Shown here piece by piece: positions 9,359 to 19,136 of a stretch of 43,391 nt of DNA. The position numbers and the translations under genes are program-made. Each line of letters opens with the position of its first letter. Position 1 is the stretch's first letter. The stretch is from Nitriliruptoraceae bacterium (GTDB lineage: Bacteria > Actinomycetota > Nitriliruptoria > Nitriliruptorales > Nitriliruptoraceae), in the NCBI GenBank assembly GCA_040903225.1, contig JBBDVU010000031.1, positions 1 to 43,391 of the forward strand, given 5' to 3'. The notes beneath the pieces were generated by a model. That model had not been told where the DNA came from and did no database searches. It saw only the letters and a program-made list of their open reading frames with translations.

Positions 9359-10228
9359 ATGCACTGGGTGATCGAAGCGGCTAGGCCACGCACATTGCCG
9401 GCAGCGATTGCGCCAGTGGTCGTTGGAACGGCGGCGGCATACCGTCCGGTTGTTGACACCGACTGGATCCGCTGTGTGCTCGCCCTCGTCGTCGCACTCG
9501 GCTTGCAGATCGCTGTCAATTACGCCAACGATTTGTTCGACGGAGTAAAAGGGGTCGACACACCTGACCGGGTGGGGCCACGTCGGGCCGTCGCGGCGGG
9601 CTTGGCGTCGCCACGGGCAATGGCGGCCGCAACGATCGCGGCCATTCTCGCGAGCGCTTCAGCCGGTGTGGTGCTTGCCGTGCAGGTCGGTTGGGAGCTG
9701 CTGATCGTCGGTGCGCTGGCCATCGTGGCGGCACTTGGCTATTCAGGCGGTCGCCGGCCGTATGCATCGAAAGGCCTGGGCGAAGTCAGCGTTTTCGTCT
9801 TTTTCGGCCTGGTTGCGACCGTTGGTTCGCAGTACGTACAGGATGCACAGATACGCCCGCTGGCAGTTGTCGCGGCGGTACCGATCGGATTGCTCGCCGT
9901 AGCGCTGTTGCTGGTCAACAACATTCGCGACATCCCGACTGATGCTGTCGCGAGCAAACGGACGTTGGCGGTCAGGCTGGGTGACGGCCGGTCGCGACGA
10001 GTGTTTCAGGTGCTCATCTTGAGTTCGGTGGTCTGGCTGGCGCCGATCAGTGCCGCGACGGCGTCGCTGTGGCCGCTGCTTGGGCTAGCAGCGGCGCCGA
10101 TCGGCTGGCGTGCAGTGAGCATCGTTGGCGACGGTGCGGCGGGGAAAAACTTGATAGCAGCACTTGAAGCAACGGCGCGGTTCCAACTGCTGTACGCCTT
10201 GCTGCTGGCGATAGGAGTCGTGCTATAG
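9359..10228 (+). CDS. menA: 1,4-Dihydroxy-2-naphthoate polyprenyltransferase (UbiA family)
   Basis: Polytopic UbiA-family protein with the Asp-rich motif NYANDLFDGVKGVD and a second motif NNIRDIPTD. men cluster context. Confidence 0.85.
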   Translation: MHWVIEAARPRTLPAAIAPVVVGTAAAYRPVVDTDWIRCVLALVVALGLQIAVNYANDLFDGVKGVDTPDRVGPRRAVAAGLASPRAMAAATIAAILASASAGVVLAVQVGWELLIVGALAIVAALGYSGGRRPYASKGLGEVSVFVFFGLVATVGSQYVQDAQIRPLAVVAAVPIGLLAVALLLVNNIRDIPTDAVASKRTLAVRLGDGRSRRVFQVLILSSVVWLAPISAATASLWPLLGLAAAPIGWRAVSIVGDGAAGKNLIAALEATARFQLLYALLLAIGVVL

Positions 10229-10246
10229 CACGACAGTCAGGACACG

Positions 10247-11245
10247 ATGAGCGACAACTTCAGGTTCGCACTCGATGCCGACGCCATCACACGCGTGGTG
10301 CCGTTTGTGTTGCCACTGAAGCTGCGGTTTCGACAGGTCACCTCACGCGCAGGCGTGTTGGTGGAAGGCCCGGAAGGATGGGGCGAATTTTCGCCGTTCC
10401 CGGACTATGGACCGGGCTATGCCGCACGCTGGTATGCGGCTGCTGTCGATGCAGCCACGCGCCCGCTGCCCGCACCGTTGCGGGACTCGGTTCCGGTCAA
10501 CACCACCGTTCCCGCAGTCGATCCTGATGTGGCGTATGGCTTGGTGTTGCAGTCACAATGCCGGACGGCCAAGGTGAAGGTTGGTGAGCCGGGCCAGGAC
10601 CTGTCGCAAGATGTCGCCCGGGTACGCGCTGTACGTGCGGCGTTCGATGCGGCCGGTGTTGCCGATGCCCGCATCCGCGTCGACGCGAACGGCGCCTGGG
10701 ATGTCGAGACCGCGGTGATGGCAATCGCGCGACTGGTGCGAGCTGCGAGAGGGCTCGAGTACGTCGAACAACCGTGCGCATCGATTCCAGAACTCGCGCA
10801 GGTTCGACGTCGCAGCGCTGTGCCGATCGCGGCCGACGAGTCGATCCGCACCTCCGAGGATCCGGTGAAGGTCCGTGACGCCGAGGCGGCCGACATCATC
10901 GTCATCAAGGCGCAGCCGCTGTATGGGGTCAACGCCGCGCTGGAGATCATCGCCAGCGTTGGCCTGCCAGCCGTCATTTCTTCGGCCGTCGAATCGTCGG
11001 TTGGTCTCGCATTAGGTGTGGCGCTCGCCGCTGCCGTACCGGAGCTGCGGTATGACTGCGGGCTGGGTACCGCGTCGTTGCTTGCCCGCGACGTGACCAC
11101 GACGCCGCTGCTACCGGTGGATGGACACCTGCCGGTGGGTCGCGTCGTGCCGGATGGTGCGCTCGAAGAGGTCACGCCGCATGAGCCCGAAGCAACGCAA
11201 CTGCTTGAGCGGTTTTATGCTGCGCAGCGTGCATACTCGGGATGA
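10247..11245 (+). CDS. menC: o-Succinylbenzoate synthase (enolase superfamily)
   Basis: Enolase-superfamily catalytic strings KVKVG, RVDANGAW, YVEQP, ADES. Lies between menA and menD. Confidence 0.8.
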   Translation: MSDNFRFALDADAITRVVPFVLPLKLRFRQVTSRAGVLVEGPEGWGEFSPFPDYGPGYAARWYAAAVDAATRPLPAPLRDSVPVNTTVPAVDPDVAYGLVLQSQCRTAKVKVGEPGQDLSQDVARVRAVRAAFDAAGVADARIRVDANGAWDVETAVMAIARLVRAARGLEYVEQPCASIPELAQVRRRSAVPIAADESIRTSEDPVKVRDAEAADIIVIKAQPLYGVNAALEIIASVGLPAVISSAVESSVGLALGVALAAAVPELRYDCGLGTASLLARDVTTTPLLPVDGHLPVGRVVPDGALEEVTPHEPEATQLLERFYAAQRAYSG

Positions 11246-13065
11246 TGGGCGACCATGTGGCGGTGACTGCGGCGAATCCCTCTATTGCGTGTGCAATGGT
11301 CGTTGCCGATGAACTCACGCGCAACGGCGTGCGCGAGGTCATTGTTGCCCCCGGTTCGCGGTCGACGGCGCTGGCGATTGCTGTGCACGACAACGATGCA
11401 CTCAATGTGCATGTTCACCCCGATGAACGCTCCGCTGGATTCGTCGCACTGGGGATCGCCAGGCAGACTGGGCGGCCAGCAGCGGTTATCACGACCAGCG
11501 GTTCGGCTGTAGCCAACCTTCATCCGGCGGTCGTGGAAGCGGACAGCGGCCAGGTGCCGTTGTTGTTGCTGACTGCCGACCGCCCGCCTGAACTGCGTCA
11601 CACGGGCGCGAGTCAGACGATCGATCAGGCCGGTCTGTTCGGTAACGCGACGCGATGGGCCGTCGACATTGCGGTCGCTGAGAACCGCGTTGACGCGGTC
11701 GCGATGTGGCGTTCTACGCTCTGTCGCGCGCTGGCTGCTGCCAGCGGCGTGCACGGGTCACCCGGACCCGTTCAGGTCAACATCGGATTTCGTGAACCAA
11801 CCGTTCCGGTGACCGATGATGGGCGAAGTCCACCGGAATCATTCGACCAGCCGGTCGACGGGCGATCCGGCGGACGGCCATGGATCAGCGTCACATCAGG
11901 TCGCTGCCTGCCAGATGCCGAACGTGAGGCGGCTGCGCGGACGCTGGTGCAGCATGCCCGCGGCATCATTGTCGTTGGACAGCTTGCGGCCAGCGTCGCT
12001 GAAGCTCAGCGTTCGGCCGTCGCCATCGTGGAACTGGCAGAGGTTCTGCAGTGGCCGGTACTTGCCGAGCCGGGACCGGTGCGGGCACACCCCGCCGATC
12101 AGGTGACGATCGGCTTTGGACACCATCTGGCTGCCAGCCGCGCGTTGATGGCGGACCATCGACCCACGTTCGTGCTGCGCGTCGGCAGGATTGGTGTGTC
12201 GCCTGCCGTCGAGGCATTCCTGCAATCCGAATCGCTCGCGAACGTCGAGCAGCTGCTCGTCGATCCCTACGCGAGCTGGCACGATCCAAATCGGCAATTG
12301 ACCGGCGTGCTCGCTGGTGACGTTGCTGCCACCTGCCAGCGCCTGGCACAAGACATTGCGATCATGCCGGAACGGCGTCCCGAGCAAGGCTGGCTCCAGT
12401 GGTGGAAGACGGTCGATTCGCGGATCGAAGCGGCACTTGGCGAGCTGGTCGACGACGGCGATCTGACTGAACCCGCAGTCGCCAGAACGTGTTTCCGTGT
12501 GCTCGAATCCGGCGATGTCGTGGTCGCCGGTTCGTCGATGCCGATACGCGACATCGACCGGTACACACCGGCCGGCACAGGGGTGGATCTCGTTGCGAAC
12601 CGCGGCGCATCGGGCATTGACGGCACCGTGTCCACTGCGCTTGGTGTCGCGCTCACTCGAAAGCGAGGCCGCGTCGTCGCGCTTGCGGGCGACCTGACCA
12701 TGCTGCACGACATGAACGGCTGGCTGCTCTCACCCGCTGATCGCGCAGTGCCAGACATTACGTTTGTGGTGGTTGACAACAACGGTGGCGGCATTTTCTC
12801 GTTCTTGCCTCAGGCCAAGTTTGTAGGAGCGTTCGAACGCTTGTTTGGAACTCCGCATGGCCGAAGTTTCAAGCGATACGCCGAGTTTCATGACCTGGCG
12901 TATCACCCAGCAACTACTGTTGCTGAACTCGAAGCGGCGTTGCAGCGAACTCGCACGGGTCAGAATCTCATCCACGTGCAGACCGAGCGCACCGCCAACG
13001 TCGTCTGGCATCGCGAACTTGACCAGGCCGTCGCAGTCGTCATCGGAGAACTGGCGTCTGGTTAG
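11242..13065 (+). CDS. menD: SEPHCHC synthase (ThDP-dependent)
   Basis: N-terminal GSRSTALAIA and overall three-domain ThDP-enzyme layout, with a GDL...N ThDP motif near the C-terminus (GDLTMLHDMNG). ATGA overlap with menC. Confidence 0.85.
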   Translation: MMGDHVAVTAANPSIACAMVVADELTRNGVREVIVAPGSRSTALAIAVHDNDALNVHVHPDERSAGFVALGIARQTGRPAAVITTSGSAVANLHPAVVEADSGQVPLLLLTADRPPELRHTGASQTIDQAGLFGNATRWAVDIAVAENRVDAVAMWRSTLCRALAAASGVHGSPGPVQVNIGFREPTVPVTDDGRSPPESFDQPVDGRSGGRPWISVTSGRCLPDAEREAAARTLVQHARGIIVVGQLAASVAEAQRSAVAIVELAEVLQWPVLAEPGPVRAHPADQVTIGFGHHLAASRALMADHRPTFVLRVGRIGVSPAVEAFLQSESLANVEQLLVDPYASWHDPNRQLTGVLAGDVAATCQRLAQDIAIMPERRPEQGWLQWWKTVDSRIEAALGELVDDGDLTEPAVARTCFRVLESGDVVVAGSSMPIRDIDRYTPAGTGVDLVANRGASGIDGTVSTALGVALTRKRGRVVALAGDLTMLHDMNGWLLSPADRAVPDITFVVVDNNGGGIFSFLPQAKFVGAFERLFGTPHGRSFKRYAEFHDLAYHPATTVAELEAALQRTRTGQNLIHVQTERTANVVWHRELDQAVAVVIGELASG

Positions 13066-13146
13066 GGCTCCTGCACCATGTAGCTCGCATTCACGTCAGG
13101 CGATGGGTGCGTCGCTGCTGCATCGCTGGGGTTCGGTGTCGCTTAC

Positions 13147-15126
13147 GTGCGTTTCGGCGCACGATGTGGTTGCGTATCCGCACTCATGGACACCGCTGCC
13201 GTCAATCCACCGACCGACGGTCGCCGTTGGAGTGCTGCTCTCCTGGTTGTTGGATTGCCGCTGGCGATTGTCGCTGCCAACCTGTCCGAGGTTCCTGGCC
13301 TGCGACTGCGGTTCTTGCTCGTCTCTGCAGGAATCGTGGCGGTCATCGTCGGCATGCGGGTCAATCGCCCGGCCAACACCCGCCCGTGGATATTGCTGGT
13401 GTCAGGGATGTCAGCAAGTGCGATGGGCGACCTCGTCGTATTGGCTGTTTCGGGTACTGGGTCGGTGGCAGGCAACGTTCCGTTGGACGCCTGGCTGACG
13501 TCGGTCGGTGGGGTGTTGCTGCTCGCCGGCATGTTCGACGCGACCCGGGCGGTACGCGGCAGCGAACTTGGCACCACACTTGATGCGATCGTGCTCGCGC
13601 TCGCGGCTGGAACCATGCTGTGGCATTTCGGCGTGGTCCGGCAGGCAACCCCTGGTTGGACCGGCAGTGGAACTGAAGTAGCTGGCTCGCTGCAAGTGTT
13701 GTTCCTCGTCGGGATCTTTGGACTCCTGGCGCGAACGATTTGGGTCTTGCCGCTGCGCCAGCGCACGTCCGCCGTCCTGCTGACCTTAGGACTCATCGGT
13801 GCTCTCGGAGCGTTCCTCACGGGCGCCGTACGCGAAGCTGTGGGCGATGTCACCGCGCACTATGCCGGTTTGCGCGCTGGTCTGGGCGCGGCTGCGAATC
13901 TGGCGGCGGGCGCTGCGGCGCTGCATCCGTCGATGCGATCATTGACACAAGGGCAGCGGACCTCGCCGGACCGGTTCTCGGTGGGACGAACGGTGGGACT
14001 TGGTGTCGGCCTGCTGGTCCCACCGGCAATCATGGTCTGGTCCATGGCTGTCGACACCGCGGCGAGTGCCGTCACGCTGGTCGCAGCGTGGGCACTGCTC
14101 GTGCCAACGGTGCTCGCGCGTCTCCATCTGCTGGCGCGATCTCGTGATGTCGCCCAACTTGAAGCTGGGGCGATTGAACAGCGGATGTCGTCGCTCATGG
14201 AGCATGCTGGCGATGCGCTGTTGCTACTGCACCAGACTGGCGATGACAACGAACGCGAGTGGATTATTACCTACGCAAGCAAAGCATCCGCCAGCCAGCT
14301 TGGCCGTCACCCCGAATCACTGGTAGACCAGGTCGCCGCGTCGATCTTCATCGACGAAGACCGGCCGGCCTTCTCGGAACTCGTCGCCGAAGCCTCGATG
14401 TTCGATCGCGACCAGCTACCTCGCACGAACGACCTGCGTGTGCACCGCAACGCCAAGCGTGCAATCTCAAGTATGCGCGACGCAGGGTCCAACGACGCGG
14501 GCGTGGCGTGGGTCGAAGTTGTCGTTGATGCGGTCGATCTCGACCGTGAGGGCGCGCTCGTCGTTGCCATTCGCGACGTTGATGAGCGCAAGCGCGGCGA
14601 ACTTGCCTGGGTGGAACAAGCGCGGACGGATCCGCTCACCGGCCTGTTGAATCGTCGCGGGATCGACGAGTACATCGAAGAGGCGCTCGCCGACGTCACC
14701 AACGATTCCAGCGTTCTCGGCGTTGTTGTTTCAGACCTCGACGGGTTCAAAGAGATCAACGATGCGTACGGTCATGCGGCTGGTGACATCGTCCTCGAAG
14801 TGGTCGCGCAACGGCTTCGCAATGCGGTGCGCGAATCGGATGTTGTCGGCCGGCTTGGTGGCGACGAATTCATCGTGGTGTGCAGCAAGGTGTGGTCGGT
14901 CGAAGAACTTGACCAGCTTGCGCGCAGACTGCCAGAGATCGTCTCGAAGCCGATCGTCGTCGATGGAGCCGACCCGCACGTGGGCATCAGCATCGGCGTC
15001 GCGCTTGCGCGGCCAGGAGTGGATTCGGCTAGCCGGATCATTCGCCGCGCCGATGTGGCGCTGTACCGGGCAAAATCCGAAGGTTCCGGCCTGGTTCGCT
15101 GGGCCGAAGGTTTGAGCGAAACCTAG
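13147..15126 (+). CDS. Membrane-bound diguanylate cyclase (polytopic N-domain, PAS-like linker, GGDEF)
   Basis: About 330 aa of hydrophobic helices, then a GGDEF domain with an intact active site (RLGGDEF). An RxxD I-site (RESD) lies 5 residues upstream of it. ATG 13186 is an alternative start. Confidence 0.85.
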   Translation: MRFGARCGCVSALMDTAAVNPPTDGRRWSAALLVVGLPLAIVAANLSEVPGLRLRFLLVSAGIVAVIVGMRVNRPANTRPWILLVSGMSASAMGDLVVLAVSGTGSVAGNVPLDAWLTSVGGVLLLAGMFDATRAVRGSELGTTLDAIVLALAAGTMLWHFGVVRQATPGWTGSGTEVAGSLQVLFLVGIFGLLARTIWVLPLRQRTSAVLLTLGLIGALGAFLTGAVREAVGDVTAHYAGLRAGLGAAANLAAGAAALHPSMRSLTQGQRTSPDRFSVGRTVGLGVGLLVPPAIMVWSMAVDTAASAVTLVAAWALLVPTVLARLHLLARSRDVAQLEAGAIEQRMSSLMEHAGDALLLLHQTGDDNEREWIITYASKASASQLGRHPESLVDQVAASIFIDEDRPAFSELVAEASMFDRDQLPRTNDLRVHRNAKRAISSMRDAGSNDAGVAWVEVVVDAVDLDREGALVVAIRDVDERKRGELAWVEQARTDPLTGLLNRRGIDEYIEEALADVTNDSSVLGVVVSDLDGFKEINDAYGHAAGDIVLEVVAQRLRNAVRESDVVGRLGGDEFIVVCSKVWSVEELDQLARRLPEIVSKPIVVDGADPHVGISIGVALARPGVDSASRIIRRADVALYRAKSEGSGLVRWAEGLSET

Positions 15127-15199
15127 GCTCGATGGGGTCTGACGTGAATGGCGTGCCGGCGGCCAGGCGCAATTTGTATCTCACCCTATTCCTGACGGA

Positions 15200-15547
15200 G
15201 TGAGCCGGGATGGCATCCGGCCGCTGCTCGACTGGCTCCATGCGAACCTCGATGAGCCGCTGACGGTTGACGATGTAGCACGGCTCGCCGCCATGAGCCC
15301 CCGGACGCTCGCGCGACGGTTTCGTGACACCACCGGCACGACGCCGATGCGCTGGTTGACGCACCAACGAGTGACACGAGCGCAACAGCTGCTCGAAACG
15401 ACCGACCTGCCTGTCGAGGCCATCGCGCGTCGGGTCGGTCTTGGAACCGCCACCAACCTGCGGACGCATTTCCGTGCTGAAACGTCAATGTCGCCGGCCG
15501 AATATCGCCGTTCCCATCGGGACAGGACACGCCGCTTGGCGAGCTGA
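15200..15547 (+). CDS. AraC/GlxA-type HTH domain only (115 aa); N-terminal sensor domain missing, so a possible gene remnant
   Basis: The entire ORF corresponds to the C-terminal double-HTH of AraC-family regulators (LTVDDVARLAAMSPRTLARRFR...GTATNLRTHFRAETSMSPAEYRR). An in-frame stop lies about 60 nt upstream of the GTG, and only about 70 nt separate it from the preceding gene. Confidence 0.6.
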   Translation: MSRDGIRPLLDWLHANLDEPLTVDDVARLAAMSPRTLARRFRDTTGTTPMRWLTHQRVTRAQQLLETTDLPVEAIARRVGLGTATNLRTHFRAETSMSPAEYRRSHRDRTRRLAS

Positions 15548-15724
15548 TCATCGTTTGGTGTCGGTGGGCGCCCAGCGTCATCTGTTGGGTTGCTGTCGTT
15601 GCACTTTGCGCAGGCTGTGTCTGAGAAACCGTGTTCGATGGAACGACACGTGTATAGTCGTTGTGCCCAAGGAGTCGCTGGTGATGGGGCGGTTACCGTA
15701 CTGCGGCGTCTGTGTGCCCACCGG

Positions 15725-17341
15725 ATGGGTTTGATGCAAGTTCAGGCAGAGTGGCCCCAGGCGCGGATCTTCATCCTTGATGATGAGCCAGCTATCCGTG
15801 ACACGCTGACCCGCATGCTGATGGCGACCGGCTACGAAGCGGTCGAGGTGTTTGCCGCCGCTGACGCTCTGCTCGATGCCTATGGGGTGCAAGCCCCCGA
15901 TTTGTTGCTACTCGACCTGCAGATGCCTGAGGTCGACGGCATCGAAGTACTCCGTGAGATTGGATCGTTGCCGCACGACGCGCGATCGCCAAGCATCGTC
16001 ATGACAAGCGCTCGCCGAGCCGAGGACGTTCATCGGACACTCGAACTCGGAGCGGCGGACTTTCTGCATAAGCCGGTCGAAGCTATCGAACTACTCCTGC
16101 GGGTCCGCCACCAGTTGCGGGAACGTCGCCTCCGCAAAGACCTGGCTGACCACAACCGCCGACTTGAAGAACTTGCTGTGCAACGTGCCGGCGAGCTCGC
16201 GCTGCTGTCACAGGTCCTTGACGACATTCCTGTTGCTGCTGCGGTCCTCGAAGACGATCTGCGACTTCGCTATGCCAATCGGCGGGCACGCGAGCTGTTC
16301 GTCGGCAATCAATTTGATCTGGCGGGTTCGCTGCAGCCGCTCGCCACCAGCAGTGAGCATGTCGCTACCAATGCCGGGACCACCGATTCGAATCTGGCGC
16401 TACCACCTGGCGAGCGCATCGGTGCCTTCCTCGCTGGTGCAATCTCTGTATCACCACGGACGATGGTCTGCCGGTTGACACGGCAAGGTCTGCCAGATAG
16501 GCGGGTCGAGCTAGAAGCTCAGCGTGTTCACGAGGATTTCATTGCTGTCCTAATCCATGACGTCGAGCTTCAGCAGCGAGCACAAGAAGCGCTCCGGCGG
16601 GCACTGGAAGTCGAACAACATGCGAACGACGAGTTACGTTCCGTTGAATCGCTTCGCACCAGCTTCCTGACCGCGGTGTCGCATGAGCTGCGGACACCGC
16701 TGACGGTCGTGTTGGGACTTGCGGAGTCGCTGGAAACGCACGCCAACAAGCTTGATGGCGGTCAGCGCGCCAGCCTTGTCACTCGCCTGCACCAGAACGC
16801 TCGTCGGCTCGCCCGTCTGCTCGATGACTTGCTCGATCTCAACCGCATGGTGGTGGGGCGGCTGGAAGTTGCGTCGACTCGGTGCGACCTGCGTGACCTT
16901 GTCGATGGCGCACTGCGCGACATGGATATCGAGCGTCACGAGCTGACGTTCGACGTGCCGTCTGTCGAGGTGGACGTTGCGGCCGGCCAAATTCGGCGTG
17001 TCGTCAGCAACCTGGTGCGCAACGCCACCGTTCACACCCCGGCAGGCACACCTATTCGGGTGACGGCGAGTGTGCATGGCACGATGGCGCAGCTGCGGGT
17101 CATTGACGAGGGACCCGGCATCGACGACAGTCTGAAAGCGCGCATATTCGAGCCATTCGAACAAGGACCGTCGGCGCCCAGCCATCAGCCAGGAACCGGC
17201 ATCGGATTGAGTCTGGTTCGCGAATTCGTGCAGTTGCATGGCGGCCGCAGCTGGGTCGAAGATACGCCGGGCGGCGGTGCAACGTTCGTTGTGGAGCTAC
17301 CTCGGTTCGACAGGGATCCGGATACGCAGGCGAATGGTTGA
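15725..17341 (+). CDS. Hybrid sensor: N-terminal receiver (REC) domain, PAS-like region, HisKA, HATPase_c
   Basis: REC strings RIFILDDEP...LLLLDLQMPEVDG...KP. H-box SFLTAVSHELRTPLT. N/G boxes (VSNLVRNA, IDEGPGI, GTGIGLS). Start is ATG 15725 or 15734, inside track ORF 15590..17341. Confidence 0.8.
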   Translation: MGLMQVQAEWPQARIFILDDEPAIRDTLTRMLMATGYEAVEVFAAADALLDAYGVQAPDLLLLDLQMPEVDGIEVLREIGSLPHDARSPSIVMTSARRAEDVHRTLELGAADFLHKPVEAIELLLRVRHQLRERRLRKDLADHNRRLEELAVQRAGELALLSQVLDDIPVAAAVLEDDLRLRYANRRARELFVGNQFDLAGSLQPLATSSEHVATNAGTTDSNLALPPGERIGAFLAGAISVSPRTMVCRLTRQGLPDRRVELEAQRVHEDFIAVLIHDVELQQRAQEALRRALEVEQHANDELRSVESLRTSFLTAVSHELRTPLTVVLGLAESLETHANKLDGGQRASLVTRLHQNARRLARLLDDLLDLNRMVVGRLEVASTRCDLRDLVDGALRDMDIERHELTFDVPSVEVDVAAGQIRRVVSNLVRNATVHTPAGTPIRVTASVHGTMAQLRVIDEGPGIDDSLKARIFEPFEQGPSAPSHQPGTGIGLSLVREFVQLHGGRSWVEDTPGGGATFVVELPRFDRDPDTQANG

Positions 17342-17433
17342 TGTCGGCCCGTTGCGGCTCCGTGGGATTCTGACGGCATTCGTGGTGCCGATGGTTACCT
17401 TGGTGGGAGCAACTATCGCGCGACGGAGACGAC

Positions 17434-18570
17434 ATGCGCGACATTTTGGACACCGTTCGAGCTTGGCGGCAGCATGACGACGCGGTCGGGCTGGCAACCG
17501 TTGTCGATGTGCGGAGAAGTGCGCCCCGTCAGCCGGGTGCGGCAATGGCGGTCAGCGCAGCTGGTGAGGTTATCGGCAGCGTGTCGGGTGGGTGCGTCGA
17601 AGGCGCAGTCTTCGACGTTGCGCAACAGGTCATGGCGTCACACCAACCTCAGCTGGTGACCTACGGCATCAGTGACGATGAAGCCATGGCGGTCGGGTTG
17701 ACGTGCGGCGGTGAGATCGAATTGTTCATCGAGCGGCTTGATAGTCGCAGTCGAGCGCAGATCGATGCAGTCGCCGATGCGATTGCGGCGGAAGCGCCGT
17801 TAGCACTTGCAACCGTCATCGCAGGACCGGCCGATATCGCCGCCAAGCTTGCGGTCACTGAAACAGATGTTGTTGGCACGCTCGGCGACGAGGGCTTGGA
17901 TGCCGCCGTCGGCGACGATGCACGCGGCATGCTTGAACAGGGAGCTACTGCCCAGCGACGATATGGCCGCCATGGTGAGCGGCGTCGCGACGAGGTGACC
18001 GTGTTCATCGAGTCGTTCGCGCCACGGCCCCGCATGTACGTGTTCGGTGCCATCGATTTCGCCGCCGCGGTTGCGCGCATCGGCAGCTACCTCGGCTATC
18101 ACGTCACTGTCTGTGATGCACGCGCCGTGTTCGCTACGCGTAAACGTTTTCCGGAAGCCGATGACGTCGTCGTCGAGTGGCCTCATCGGTTCCTGGCTTC
18201 CGCGCCAGTCGACCGGCGAACCACTATTTGTGTGCTCACGCACGACCCCAAGTTCGACGTGCCGGTACTCGAGATCGCGCTGCGTTCTGACGCCAGCTAC
18301 GTCGGCGCGATGGGTTCACGGCGCACCCACGAAGATCGCATGCAGCGCCTGCGCGAGCAAGGGCTGACAGATCGTGAACTGGCCCGGCTGCACTCACCTA
18401 TCGGACTCGATCTTGGCGCCCGTACACCAGAAGAGACGGCGGTTTCGATCGCAGCCGAGATCATCCAGAGCCGCTGGGGCGGGCCGGGTCTTCCCCTGCG
18501 TGCTACGTCAGGCGCCATCCATCGGCATGCCGATCGCGTTCGGTCAGCCGGCGGCGTTCTATCCGCCTGA
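17434..18570 (+). CDS. XdhC/CoxI-family cofactor-insertion accessory protein
   Basis: N-terminal XdhC_CoxI motif (ATVVDVRRSAPRQPGAAMAV...GSVSGGCVEG) and a C-terminal Rossmann-like XdhC_C domain (MYVFGAIDFA...). No xdhAB or cox structural genes are nearby. Confidence 0.8.
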   Translation: MRDILDTVRAWRQHDDAVGLATVVDVRRSAPRQPGAAMAVSAAGEVIGSVSGGCVEGAVFDVAQQVMASHQPQLVTYGISDDEAMAVGLTCGGEIELFIERLDSRSRAQIDAVADAIAAEAPLALATVIAGPADIAAKLAVTETDVVGTLGDEGLDAAVGDDARGMLEQGATAQRRYGRHGERRRDEVTVFIESFAPRPRMYVFGAIDFAAAVARIGSYLGYHVTVCDARAVFATRKRFPEADDVVVEWPHRFLASAPVDRRTTICVLTHDPKFDVPVLEIALRSDASYVGAMGSRRTHEDRMQRLREQGLTDRELARLHSPIGLDLGARTPEETAVSIAAEIIQSRWGGPGLPLRATSGAIHRHADRVRSAGGVLSA

Positions 18571-18610
18571 GCTGCAGCGAGAATCAACGTTAACTGCTAG
18601 ACTAACAGTC

Positions 18611-19090
18611 ATGCGACTTGAACTTGGCAAGCGAGCCGACTACGCGATTCGGGCGGCGGTTGATCTCGCGCGTCATCATGCCGATGGGCGTCGCAAAGCC
18701 CGGGCAATTGCCGACGAAATGAGCATCCCGACGAGCTATGTGCCGCAGATTCTGGCGGAACTTGTTAGGGCTGGCATTGCGCGATCCGTGGCCGGCCCCG
18801 ATGGCGGCTATTCGCTGTCGCAACCACCGGTTGACGTGTCGCTGCTCGACGTCCTCCACGCGGTCGATGGCGACGTCGTATCGACGGACTGTGTCCTGCG
18901 AGGTGGGCCTTGTCGCTGGGAAGGTGTGTGCGCGGTGCATGTGCCGTGGTCCCGCGCGCAGCATGCGTTGCTGGACGTGCTCGCCTCGACCAGCCTTGCC
19001 GACATCGTCAATATTGATCGCCAATTGGACGACGGTTCGTTCGAGCTTCCGCCCGACATCGCGATGCCGTTGAACCCTCCACCGGTGTAA
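18611..19090 (+). CDS. Rrf2-family transcriptional regulator with a three-Cys putative Fe-S site
   Basis: N-terminal winged HTH typical of Rrf2 (MRLELGKRADYAIRAAVDLA...). Cys cluster C-x6-C-x5-C (CVLRGGPCRWEGVC). The start is the internal ATG of track ORF 18374..19090. Confidence 0.8.
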   Translation: MRLELGKRADYAIRAAVDLARHHADGRRKARAIADEMSIPTSYVPQILAELVRAGIARSVAGPDGGYSLSQPPVDVSLLDVLHAVDGDVVSTDCVLRGGPCRWEGVCAVHVPWSRAQHALLDVLASTSLADIVNIDRQLDDGSFELPPDIAMPLNPPPV

Positions 19091-19136
19091 CGCAGGCGTC
19101 CGTACTTGCGCTACGCGGTGGTGTGGGCGTGTCAGC

